A DNA stretch of 64,000 bases, taken from Desulfosudaceae bacterium (GTDB lineage Bacteria > Desulfobacterota > Desulfobacteria > Desulfobacterales > Desulfosudaceae). The position numbers were made by a program, and so were the translations under genes. The stretch lies in the NCBI GenBank assembly GCA_963674745.2, contig CAXXDV010000003.1, positions 1,120,001 to 1,184,000 of the forward strand. The letters run 5' to 3'. The notes beneath the pieces were generated by a model. The model saw only the letters and a list, made by a program, of their open reading frames with translations. It ran no database searches and was not told where the DNA came from. Of this stretch, positions 9,589 to 18,741 are shown in pieces. Position 1 is the first letter of the stretch, and every line of letters begins with the position of its first letter.

Positions 9589-9623
9589 CCAAATCGGGGG
9601 ACAGTATCTGTCCCCCGATTTGG
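9589..9623. other. Perfect 16-bp-stem hairpin
   Basis: CCAAATCGGGGGACAG-TAT-CTGTCCCCCGATTTGG. Confidence 0.8.
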
Positions 9624-9624
9624 A

Positions 9625-10030
9625 ACCGATGACCTTATCCGCAACTGGTTGCGTATTCGCAATACGCTGGAATTTCTCGGGATACGGGAGCATCTGAACA
9701 ACCCCGTGTTTAAACCCGTCGAATTCGACGGGTTTAGAATCCAGGCCGGATTAAACAGCTTTACGCTCACACCCAAACAGTGGATAGAAAAAACCGGGGC
9801 CATAGGGATTGTTTCCTAAGCCGGACGCTATGGTGGAACGTATGCCCATAAGGATATTGCCTTTGAATTTGCGTCCTGGGTATCGGTGGAGTTCAAGCTA
9901 TATCTGATAAAGGAATCCCAGCGTCTTAAGGAATACGAGCGGAAAACGCTGGGCTGGGACATCCGCCGCAATCTTGCAAAAATCAATTATCGTATCCACA
10001 CTGACGCCATTCAACAACATCTCATTCCGC
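9625..10030 (+). pseudogene. KilA-N domain pseudogene fragment
   Basis: DLIRNWLRIRNTLEFLG...GIVS*AGRYGGTYAHKDIAFEFASWVSVEFKLYLIKE...NLAKINYRIHTDAI; in-frame TAA at 9817, no start codon. Confidence 0.85.
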
Positions 10031-10178
10031 AAACCCATGGGCGTTTCGGAATATGAACTGGTCCGGTCCCTGCCCGATGAATTGAAATCCGCTCTGCCGA
10101 CAATTGAGCAGATCGAAGCTGAATTTGACCAGAGCGGGGATAGCATTTGATCTGGTTAATCGCGGCTCAATAAACCCG
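10030..10178 (+). pseudogene. Duplicated 3' end of the DUF1016 gene plus downstream flank
   Basis: Near-identical to 15060-15208. Confidence 0.9.
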
Positions 10179-10224
10179 GGAACAACCCTGAAACCCCGAA
10201 CCTCAAACCTCAAACCTCGAACCC

Positions 10225-10368
10225 GTAGGGGCAACCCCCCGTGGTTGCCCGGAACCGTGCAGGCACGGCAGCCTGCCCCTACATCGTCCCTGAACGCTTC
10301 CCCCGGCCCGTAGGGGCAACCCCCCGTGGTTGCCCTTCATCAGGGCGGCCACAGGGGGCCGCCCCTAC
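10225..10368 (+). repeat. Two GTAG-REP doublets
   Basis: Same consensus as 1611-2100. Confidence 0.9.
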
Positions 10369-10569
10369 AACGCAATCCCGAACCCCAAACCCACCTTCTT
10401 CGTCACCCCGGACCCCGATCCGGTATCCAGATCTCCCGGCCACAAACACCCACCTGAACGTGTTTTAAGAAAGCCAGTCAAAATACCCCGCTCCCCTTAA
10501 CCACATAACCACTTAACCCCTTAACCACATAATCACATAACCACTTAATCACTTTAAAACCTTCATCCG

Positions 10570-11130
10570 CTATAGCGGTATGTCTTCATCATCATCCTCT
10601 TCCCGTATTTCCGCCAATGTCTCTTCCGCCTGCCGGGCCACATCCACATCATCATCCCCGGCCAGTCTTTCCAGGAATTCTTCAGGCGTGTCCGGGTTTT
10701 CCGCAAGGGCAAACCGCACAGACGGGTCCGACCGGCTGACCAGCCTTTGGCACAGCCACGATTTTTCACAGATCTCGTTTTCATCTGTAAAATCATCCAT
10801 ATTGTTTGCCACCGCGATTAAAATGGCACGGTCATCGGTGTCCATATAGGTCTCCAGATCCCGTCGCGTCATGTGCCTTCTGGCCCGCCTTGAATCCAAA
10901 ACAGCCCGCATCACCTCCGGAGAATCATTTTCAATCAGCATCCGCAGGGTCAATCGGGACAGGTGTTCCTTGTCAACCAGACAGACCAGGATTTCACTGT
11001 ATTCGGACCTGGCCAATTCATGATAAACATCACTGTATTCCGCCTTGTCTTCCAGCATAAAGGCAATTTCCTCCAGCCCCTTGTGCCCCAGCACCACTTC
11101 AACATCGTTAATAATCAATTTGGCATCCAT
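10570..11130 (-). CDS. Acidic helical-repeat (LRV/HEAT-like) protein
   Basis: VRFALAENPDTPEEFLERLAGDDDVDVARQA; GGAGGG RBS. Confidence 0.65.
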   Translation of the reverse strand: MDAKLIINDVEVVLGHKGLEEIAFMLEDKAEYSDVYHELARSEYSEILVCLVDKEHLSRLTLRMLIENDSPEVMRAVLDSRRARRHMTRRDLETYMDTDDRAILIAVANNMDDFTDENEICEKSWLCQRLVSRSDPSVRFALAENPDTPEEFLERLAGDDDVDVARQAEETLAEIREEDDDEDIPL

Positions 11131-11238
11131 TTTTTACCCTCCATTTCGTAGTTATCTCGGACATTTCTCGAAATTGCTTTAATCGTAGGGGCAACCCCCT
11201 GTGGTTGCCCTTCACCGGGCAGGCACGGGGGCCTGCCC

Positions 11239-13545
11239 CTACAAAAACCGCGACATTTGCGAACGACCCCGAACCCCGAACCCGATTCTGCTCTTCCCCG
11301 CCTGCTTTTCCTTTATCCCCGCCTCCTGTTCCAAGGCCGCCACCAGCATGTCGGCCGTTACACTGCCCTTGGGGTAAAAGGCATACCGGTCACGAACGAT
11401 CTTAAAATCCCCGGGCGCAAGACATTGCAGCCGGTCAAGCACACGGGCCGTTTGTTCATCCACCCCCCCGGGCACAACAGACCCCAACATGCGCTCGTAA
11501 AACAACCGATTGCCCTCGGGTGTCAAAAAATCAAAGCCGATCTTGTGGTTAAACCGTCGGATCGCGGCCGGGTCCACGCCGGTCAGCCGGTTGGTGGTGG
11601 CAATCAACATCCCGTTGAAGCGTTCCATGGCCGTCAGCAGCTCTGCGGTGTGGCTGACTTCCCATGACCGGCTCGCCGCCGCCCGGGGAAAGAGCAGGGC
11701 GTCAACCTCGTCCAGCACCAGCACCGCCCCTTCATGGGCCGCCCGTTCAAAGGCTTCCCGGATATACCGCTCGGTCATGCCCACATACGGGTCCAGCAGG
11801 TCGCTTAACCGCCTTACCAGCAGTTCCCGGCTCAAGTGCCGGGCCAGAAACCGGGCAAACTCGCTTTTGCCCGTGCCGGGCGGACCATGAAGCAGCAGGT
11901 TGAACCCGTAACGGCTCTGTTCGTAACCGGACACCTTCTGTAAATACTGGTCAAACTGCTCCGCCTGAAACAGCACTTCATCAATGTCGGCCGAAATATT
12001 TAACCCCTCCAGTGAATAACAGGCCTCCAGCCGATCCACCGCGGTCTTTTTCTCCCCGTCATTGATCAACGCCTGGTGGGCTTCCACGCTCCGCTGCACC
12101 GCCTTTAGCATGTCTGTGCGGTTCATTTGCCCGGTTTCCCTGGCCTTTTTCACGGCCAAATCGATCACCCCGGCATTGGTCTGAAACGCCTGGGCCAGCA
12201 TCCGCAGGTCATCCTGCCTGAAAAACCGCTTGCAGCGATGCCGGCGTACGATATTCTCCCACAACCGTTCCCGCTGCTGCCGGTTAAAGGGCTTGAAATG
12301 AATGCTGAAGGCAATCCGCCGCAAAACAGAGTCCTCAATACCCCCCATGTGGTTGACGATCCAGATGATGCGCAGCCCGGGCCGCTCCATCAGGTTGTTC
12401 AGCCAGCCCTTGTCCTGGGTCTCCCCCCTTCGCCACCAGGCATTCTCCGTATTCAGCACATTGTCGGCCTCGTCCATAATGAACACAGCCCCCTTGTCCC
12501 GGTTCATGCTGCTGACACAGGCATTCAAGATCAGCCGCCGCTGCTTGCTTTCATTGTCCTCAGAATTGTGCTGGACAATTTCATAAACCGGGTCGTCCAG
12601 GTACCCGGCCAGCCCCCTGGCAAAACTGGTTTTGCCAGTGCCCGGCGGACCGTATAACAGGATATGGGTGGCCGAAGCCGTTTTCTGCCCGAGCAGACTC
12701 AGCACATGGGCCACATCCCCGACAGGAATAAAATAGTCTTCCAGGTCCGGACCGGATGCCCCCTTTACCCGCTTCAGGTTTTTTTCTTCCAAGATGTTGG
12801 TATTGCCTTTTTCCAGAAAACCTTTCATCTCATCGCTTAGTTGAAACCCATTACTGCCAAAACGACTGAAACCGGATTCAACCAAACCGGCCGGGAGCAA
12901 GGTCTTCGTTAAGGCCGCGTTGATATCGCTCCGGGTGACAGCCATAATCGTGGCCAAATGACCCAGCCCCTGAAAGCAAAGGGTCTTTAAATGATTGTCA
13001 AAAAATTCTTCAGGCCCGGAAAAGACATCAACCACAAAACAGAACAGGCACAACTCGGTTTCCAGGTCGCTTAAGCTGAAGATTTTCTGAAGATGCAAGA
13101 TGCTTTTTTCAAGGTTGGACACTTTGCCTGCGGCCAGATCACGCCCGGTCTGCCGGATAACCGCCGTCACAAATTCGACAAAATCCCCGGCTATCCACCG
13201 GTTCCCCGCCCGGTTTAAAATCCTGAATATCTCCCTGCCATAACCCGAGATGTTTCCCTGCTCGCACCGCAGCTCATCCATGTCTTCCTGCCGGGTTTCC
13301 ACCGGAACCCGCGAAACCACAAATTCCCCGATTTCAAGCATGCGGTCCCCGGCAACCCAGCAGACAAACTCCACAGCCTCCTGGCTTATCGACAACCGCC
13401 TTTCCATCAGCCGCAATAAATAGTCACAGCACTTTTTCACCACAAACTGCGCGTTTTCATCCCGGGCTTCATGCGGCGAAAACTCGATTGAAAAGCAACC
13501 CTCTTTTTTCATCAATTTCTTCCGTCTCCTCTGAAAACCATTCAT
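11239..13545 (-). CDS. Tandem (double) AAA+ ATPase with a long N-terminal domain
   Basis: GPPGTGKT/MDEAD and GPPGTGKS/LDEVD, ATTNR...AIRRF, C-terminal RIGF; GGAGG RBS. Confidence 0.9.
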   Translation of the reverse strand: MNGFQRRRKKLMKKEGCFSIEFSPHEARDENAQFVVKKCCDYLLRLMERRLSISQEAVEFVCWVAGDRMLEIGEFVVSRVPVETRQEDMDELRCEQGNISGYGREIFRILNRAGNRWIAGDFVEFVTAVIRQTGRDLAAGKVSNLEKSILHLQKIFSLSDLETELCLFCFVVDVFSGPEEFFDNHLKTLCFQGLGHLATIMAVTRSDINAALTKTLLPAGLVESGFSRFGSNGFQLSDEMKGFLEKGNTNILEEKNLKRVKGASGPDLEDYFIPVGDVAHVLSLLGQKTASATHILLYGPPGTGKTSFARGLAGYLDDPVYEIVQHNSEDNESKQRRLILNACVSSMNRDKGAVFIMDEADNVLNTENAWWRRGETQDKGWLNNLMERPGLRIIWIVNHMGGIEDSVLRRIAFSIHFKPFNRQQRERLWENIVRRHRCKRFFRQDDLRMLAQAFQTNAGVIDLAVKKARETGQMNRTDMLKAVQRSVEAHQALINDGEKKTAVDRLEACYSLEGLNISADIDEVLFQAEQFDQYLQKVSGYEQSRYGFNLLLHGPPGTGKSEFARFLARHLSRELLVRRLSDLLDPYVGMTERYIREAFERAAHEGAVLVLDEVDALLFPRAAASRSWEVSHTAELLTAMERFNGMLIATTNRLTGVDPAAIRRFNHKIGFDFLTPEGNRLFYERMLGSVVPGGVDEQTARVLDRLQCLAPGDFKIVRDRYAFYPKGSVTADMLVAALEQEAGIKEKQAGKSRIGFGVRGRSQMSRFL

Positions 13546-13632
13546 TTTTTTCCTCCCCGTTATGCCGAAGAATTTTCAAGGCAAAAAAACTATCAGCCTG
13601 ATTGTTTGATCTGGGAAGATAATAAAGGAAGG

Positions 13633-13653
13633 TCGTTCCATAATACGGAACGA
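13633..13653. promoter_or_regulatory. Candidate WYL operator, site 1
   Basis: Perfect TCGTTCC-N7-GGAACGA; on the minus strand TGGAAC-N10-TATTAT points to the AAA ATPase gene. Confidence 0.65.
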
Positions 13654-13963
13654 AAATTCATTTTGAGGAAAAGCACGTCACCACTCAATTTTCTAACACA
13701 GCCATCCCGGCCAGCTTTGTCCCGAACTCGACCCGGTAATCCGGCATCCAAAAAAAATGTCATATTCCTCGTCATCCTGGCCTTTGCCCCCGTCATGCCG
13801 GACCCCGATCCGGCATCCAGCTCTACCGGCCACAAACGCACACCTGAACAATCTTCAAGAAGGCAGAACTCACGGTAAAACCCCGTTGGGGCAACCCCCC
13901 GTAGTTGCCCTTCACCTGGACAGGCACAGGGCCGCCCCTACACATTTGCGAACGGCACCCGAA

Positions 13964-14133
13964 CCACCTGACCACTTTTAAAATCACCACTAATATGGTA
14001 TAGAAAACAACAGCCTGCCTAAAGGGCAGGGGTTTTGTTATAAATGACCAGGTTGGCGACACAACGCCCACACCGGTCGCCGAATCCAAACGGCAGGAAG
14101 CCGTAAACAAAAAAAACATGGAGGTTTTGGGTT
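13964..14133 (+). promoter_or_regulatory. Repeated promoter/structured leader, copy C (complete)
   Basis: Three hairpins (CCTGCC/GGCAGG, GGCGAC/GTCGCC, ACGGC/GCCGT), then an A-run and GGAGG RBS. Confidence 0.75.
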
Positions 14134-15180
14134 ATGGCAAAAGAGATAATCACAACCAAAGAATACCGCGACTGGCTGACCGATATAAAACGGCGCGTCC
14201 GGAGTGCTCAACTGAAAGCGGCCACGGCGGTCAATACAGCTTTGCTGGAATTTTACTGGAGTTTGGGCGCGGATATCGCGGAAAAGCAGAAAAACGCCAC
14301 CTGGGGCAGCGGTTTTCTCAAGCAGCTCAGCAAAGACCTGATGGCAGAATTTCCTGATATGAAAGGGTTTTCCTACAGAAATCTGCGGGCGATCAAACAA
14401 TGGTATCTCTTTTATTCCCAGGATAATACAAAATGGCAACAAGCTGTTGCCATTTTGGCCCGGATCCCATGGGGGCACAATCTGGCGATTATCTCCAAAT
14501 GCAGCACCGTAGAACAAGCCCTGTTTTATGTCCAAAAAACCGTCGAGTCCAACTGGTCGCGCAGTGTGCTGATCCATCAAATCGAAAGTGATTTGTTTGC
14601 CCGCAGCGGCAAAGCAATCACCAATTTTGACCAAACATTACCTGCCCCGCAGTCTGACCTTGCCCGGGAGATTATCAAAGACCCGTACAATTTCGATTTC
14701 CTGACACTCACCGAAGATTACACCGAGCGGGAACTGGAAAAGGGCCTCATTGACCATGTCACCAGGTTTCTGTTGGAGCTTGGCGCGGGTTTTGCCTATG
14801 TGGGAAAACAGGTTCCTCTGCAGGTGGGCGAACGGGAGTTTTTTCTGGATTTGCTGTTCTACCATACCCGGCTGCATTGTTATGCCGTTATTGAGCTGAA
14901 GGTCTCGGAGTTTGAGCCGGAGCATGCGGGTAAACTCAATTTCTACATTAAGGCCGTTGACGAGCAACTGCGTCAAGACGGCGACAATCCGACTATCGGC
15001 ATTCTGCTTTGCAAGGGCAAAGACAAGGTTGTGGCTGAATATGCCCTGAGCGATATCCACAAACCCATGGGCGTTTCGGAATATGAACTGGTACGGTCCC
15101 TGCCCAATGAATTGAAGTCCGCTCTGCCTACAATTGAGCAGATTGAAGCTGAATTTGAGCAGAGCGGGGATAGCATTTGA
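14134..15180 (+). CDS. yhcG: DUF1016 / YhcG family PD-(D/E)xK nuclease domain protein
   Basis: YWSLG, GFS-RNL, PWGHN, KDPYNFDFL, FLLELGAGFAYVG-Q, DLLFYH, IELK, PTIGILLC. Confidence 0.92.
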   Translation: MAKEIITTKEYRDWLTDIKRRVRSAQLKAATAVNTALLEFYWSLGADIAEKQKNATWGSGFLKQLSKDLMAEFPDMKGFSYRNLRAIKQWYLFYSQDNTKWQQAVAILARIPWGHNLAIISKCSTVEQALFYVQKTVESNWSRSVLIHQIESDLFARSGKAITNFDQTLPAPQSDLAREIIKDPYNFDFLTLTEDYTERELEKGLIDHVTRFLLELGAGFAYVGKQVPLQVGEREFFLDLLFYHTRLHCYAVIELKVSEFEPEHAGKLNFYIKAVDEQLRQDGDNPTIGILLCKGKDKVVAEYALSDIHKPMGVSEYELVRSLPNELKSALPTIEQIEAEFEQSGDSI

Positions 15181-15404
15181 TCTGGTTAATCGCGGTTCAA
15201 TAAACCCGCGAACAGCCTCGAACCCGAACCCGGAATAAGACTGGCCCCATTCCCCGTCATGCCGGACCCCGATCCGGTATCCAGATCTGCCGGCCACAAA
15301 CGCACACCTGCACATGTTTTTAGAAAACCAGCCGAATTTCCCCGCCCCCTTAACCACTTAATCACCTAAACACATAATCACATCTTAAAAAAAATCCCCC
15401 AAAC

Positions 15405-15438
15405 TGTGACCTAATCTGTCACACCGGTGTGGTAAAAA
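15405..15438 (+). promoter_or_regulatory. TGTGAC-N7-GTCACA palindrome next to a -10-like element
   Basis: TGTGACCTAATCTGTCACA-N6-TGGTAAAAA; second copy at 42525. Confidence 0.55.
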
Positions 15439-15526
15439 AAAACATACTGGATATAATGCGTTTGTATTAAATAAAATCTGTGGCAAGCTTTTAGTAAGGG
15501 GATAAAAGACAATGGAGGGCAGGGCA

Positions 15527-16447
15527 ATGATCTCAAAAGAAGAGCGCTTTCAGGGATGCCTCCTGGGCCTGGCCGCCGGAGACGCCGTGGGAACAACGGT
15601 CGAATTCAAACCGCCGGGTTCTTTTACCCCGGTCACGGACATGGTCGGCGGCGGACCATTCCGCCTCAAAAAAGGTGAATGGACGGATGATACCTCCATG
15701 GCCTTGTGCCTTGCGGAAAGCCTTCTGACCTGCGGCGGATTTGACGCCCGGGACCAGATGGAACGCTATGTTCGCTGGTGGCAGGAAGGCCACCTCAGCA
15801 GCAATGGTCGCTGCTTTGATATCGGCAACACGGTCTCGGGCGCCCTGTCGCGGTTTCTTAATACCGGGGAGCCCATCGCCGGATCAACGGACGCACGTTC
15901 AGCCGGCAACGGCAGCATCATGCGCCTGGCGCCTGTTCCACTCTACTTTGCATCAGACCCGATATTAGCGATTACCATGAGCGAAGAAAGTTCAAAAACC
16001 ACCCATGGCACCAGAACATGCCTTGATGCCTGCCGGTATTTCGGCGGCCTGATTGTCGGCGCCGTTCACGGCGCAGGCAAAGATGAACTGCTTTCCCGAC
16101 GTTATACACCCGTCCCGGGAACCTGGGACGATCACCCCCTGTGCCCGGAAATCGATACCGTGGCCTGTGGATCGTTCAAACACAAAAGCCCACCCGAAAT
16201 TGTCGGCAGCGGGTATGTCGTACAATCTCTCGAGGCGGCCCTGTGGGCCTTCTACCACACCACCAACTTTAAAGAAGGTTGCCTGCTGGCCGTCAACCTG
16301 GGTAATGATGCCGATACCACCGCAGCCGTTTACGGCCAGCTCGCCGGTGCCTTTTACGGCCTCCCGGGTATTCCGGATACATGGCAAAACAGCCTTGCCC
16401 TTAAAGACCTGATCGCAGGTTTTGCTTCAACCCTCTGCAAAAAATAG
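15527..16447 (+). CDS. ADP-ribosylglycohydrolase (DraG/ARH family)
   Basis: GDAVG, WTDDT, GNGSIMR, DADTT; alternative start at 15512. Confidence 0.93.
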   Translation: MISKEERFQGCLLGLAAGDAVGTTVEFKPPGSFTPVTDMVGGGPFRLKKGEWTDDTSMALCLAESLLTCGGFDARDQMERYVRWWQEGHLSSNGRCFDIGNTVSGALSRFLNTGEPIAGSTDARSAGNGSIMRLAPVPLYFASDPILAITMSEESSKTTHGTRTCLDACRYFGGLIVGAVHGAGKDELLSRRYTPVPGTWDDHPLCPEIDTVACGSFKHKSPPEIVGSGYVVQSLEAALWAFYHTTNFKEGCLLAVNLGNDADTTAAVYGQLAGAFYGLPGIPDTWQNSLALKDLIAGFASTLCKK

Positions 16448-16463
16448 GAGTGATCAAACCATC

Positions 16464-16694
16464 ATGGCACTTTTAATCGCATGTTTCATTATTGCCCTTA
16501 TCATTTATTTTGGCGTCTATTACGAAAAAGACAAAAAAACCATGGAAGAATGGAGAAGAACCAGAATCAAAAGAAGTGATGAAGAATATTTAATATTCCC
16601 CTTTTTTGAAGAAAACAGGCGTGGACCTCAAGATGACATACCCGACCATTCAGGAGACCCCAACGATTGCCATGAAGATTATTTTGATCAGTAA
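16464..16694 (+). CDS. Small single-pass membrane protein
   Basis: GGAG RBS; hydrophobic N-terminus, charged/acidic tail. Confidence 0.5.
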   Translation: MALLIACFIIALIIYFGVYYEKDKKTMEEWRRTRIKRSDEEYLIFPFFEENRRGPQDDIPDHSGDPNDCHEDYFDQ

Positions 16695-16823
16695 TGCAAA
16701 TTTCATTACCCGAAACCCTTTTGCAAACTCAACACGAATATGATATAGAAAATTACGAAATCGCTAATAATCCACGGAGGGAGCGAGCCAATGACAGTTT
16801 TTTGATATTATATCAACGCGATA

Positions 16824-17711
16824 ATGAAAAAAGCGGAAATTATAGATCGCATAGACAACCTCAATGTCTGGAAAAGAGGCGGCATTCGCGCCCCTCATAA
16901 ACCGCTTTTATTATTATATGCCCTCGGCCGTCTGCAAAACAGTCAACGCCTTATCCCTTATGCCGAAATCGATCAGGACCTGAAAAAACTGCTTCGCGAA
17001 TTTGACCCTGCCAGAAAAAGCTATCATCCGGAATTCCCCTTCTGGCATCTTCAATCAGATGGCCTCTGGGAACTTGACAAATCTCACCCATTGGAAAAAA
17101 GAAAAGCGAGTTCAAGCGCCAAAAAATCCGAACTACTCAAACACAACGTAAGCGGTGGCCTGCCACCCGCTGTTTTTCGTCTGTTTGCATCCGACAAACA
17201 ATTCTCAGCAGACATCGCCACCCGCATCTTGGAAAACAATTTTCCGCCATCAATTCACGAAGACATCCTCCAGGCCGTAGGTCTGGATATTGAAAACATT
17301 TCATCCAAAGCAAGACTGCGCGATCCCAATTTCCGGGAACGGATCTTACGGGCCTATCAATATCAGTGTGCCGTCTGCGGCTTTAATGTCAGAGTAGGGG
17401 ACTCTTTGGTAGCCCTTGAAGCCGCTCACATCAAATGGCACCAGGCTGGCGGCCCGGATGAAGAGAACAACGGCCTGGCCCTGTGTTCCCTTCACCACAA
17501 ACTGTTTGACCGGGGCGCCTTTACCATTACCGCCAAGATGAAAATGGTCGTCTCAGAAACCGCCCACGGCTCCCATGGAATGGATGAATGGCTGCTGGCC
17601 TTTCATGGCAAAGATATCCGGCCGCCACAACGGTCATCGTATTATCCGAAAGTCAACTTCGTAAACTGGCATGTGAAAGAAGTGTTTAAGGGGTATGCGC
17701 GAGTTTCATAA
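16824..17711 (+). CDS. SBD-HNH phosphorothioate-dependent restriction endonuclease
   Basis: Sulfur-binding-domain motifs PHKPLLLL and PEFPFWHL; CAVCG...EAAHI...NGLALCSLHHKLFD. Confidence 0.8.
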   Translation: MKKAEIIDRIDNLNVWKRGGIRAPHKPLLLLYALGRLQNSQRLIPYAEIDQDLKKLLREFDPARKSYHPEFPFWHLQSDGLWELDKSHPLEKRKASSSAKKSELLKHNVSGGLPPAVFRLFASDKQFSADIATRILENNFPPSIHEDILQAVGLDIENISSKARLRDPNFRERILRAYQYQCAVCGFNVRVGDSLVALEAAHIKWHQAGGPDEENNGLALCSLHHKLFDRGAFTITAKMKMVVSETAHGSHGMDEWLLAFHGKDIRPPQRSSYYPKVNFVNWHVKEVFKGYARVS

Positions 17712-17728
17712 CGGGAAACCATCAATAA

Positions 17729-18703
17729 ATGCCTAAATCAGAAAAAGAGCGTCGCTGGGAAATATTTCGGGCTCTACTTCCATTTTATGGAAAGATAGTG
17801 GTACCTGATTTTCTGCGAAAGACCTCTAATTTTATTCCAGGCATAGAAAGGGTACATCCTTTAATTGAAGGCATATATAAACCCAAATGGAGTGACCATG
17901 CGCTAAGTATCGCCAGCATGAAAATTAATCCGTATGTAGATAAGCTTACGCCTCTTCCGGATGGCCGCTGGACCATAAAGTACTCAGCTAAAAAAGGCGG
18001 CCCGGATACAGCTGTAAATCAAGGATTGTTCAACTGTATGAATCATAAAGAGCCTGTTATTGTTTTAGAACAGCTTTCAAGAAAAACGAGCAAAAAGGGT
18101 GTGCGATATAGATTGAGAGGTTTAGGGTTGATTTATAATTATGAGTCAGCAACTGACACTTTTAACATCCATCATGTAGATTTTGCCACATTGGAGCAGG
18201 TAAGCCAAGGTGTTGATGATGAAATTTTTATTGCTTCAGCCCTTCGGGAATTTACGTTAGAAGAATTTAAACCTTTTGTGGTTGACGATGTAGCCATTTA
18301 TCAGGTGGCCAAGCAAAAACGTGATCAGGCCTTTAAAAACGTTATCCTGGATCAATATGATTTCCAATGCGCGGTCACCGGCCTAAAATATCATTCAGAC
18401 AACTTAACCGAAGCTCAGGCTGCCCATATCATTGCAAAAGGTAAAAAGGGCTCTGATGATCCGCGCAACGGCATTGCTCTGTCTCGCACCGCCCATTGGG
18501 CCTTTGATGTGGGTATGTTTACAATTTCAGATCAATATGAGATCGTAATTCACCCCAAGGCAAAAAATGCTAGTATCAACAAGTTTCCAATATTGGAAAT
18601 GAACGGTCAGCAAATCCATTTACCGGAGGATGAAAACTATTATCCGCATTTGGATGCCCTGGCATGGCATAAAGAGAAAGTGTTCGATAGCTTTTCTTCA
18701 TAA
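17729..18703 (+). CDS. SRA-like-HNH putative modification-dependent endonuclease
   Basis: GIYKP-x5-ALS-x7-PY-D N-terminal pattern; CAVTG...AAHII...NGIAL...HWAFD. Confidence 0.7.
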   Translation: MPKSEKERRWEIFRALLPFYGKIVVPDFLRKTSNFIPGIERVHPLIEGIYKPKWSDHALSIASMKINPYVDKLTPLPDGRWTIKYSAKKGGPDTAVNQGLFNCMNHKEPVIVLEQLSRKTSKKGVRYRLRGLGLIYNYESATDTFNIHHVDFATLEQVSQGVDDEIFIASALREFTLEEFKPFVVDDVAIYQVAKQKRDQAFKNVILDQYDFQCAVTGLKYHSDNLTEAQAAHIIAKGKKGSDDPRNGIALSRTAHWAFDVGMFTISDQYEIVIHPKAKNASINKFPILEMNGQQIHLPEDENYYPHLDALAWHKEKVFDSFSS

Positions 18704-18741
18704 TTTTTGAGGTTTGCGTTCAGATTTTCTGAGCTCTGTGA

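Noticed and set aside
13964..14133. Known riboswitch or tRNA
   Set aside because: No consensus I can recognise; kept only as an unassigned structured leader
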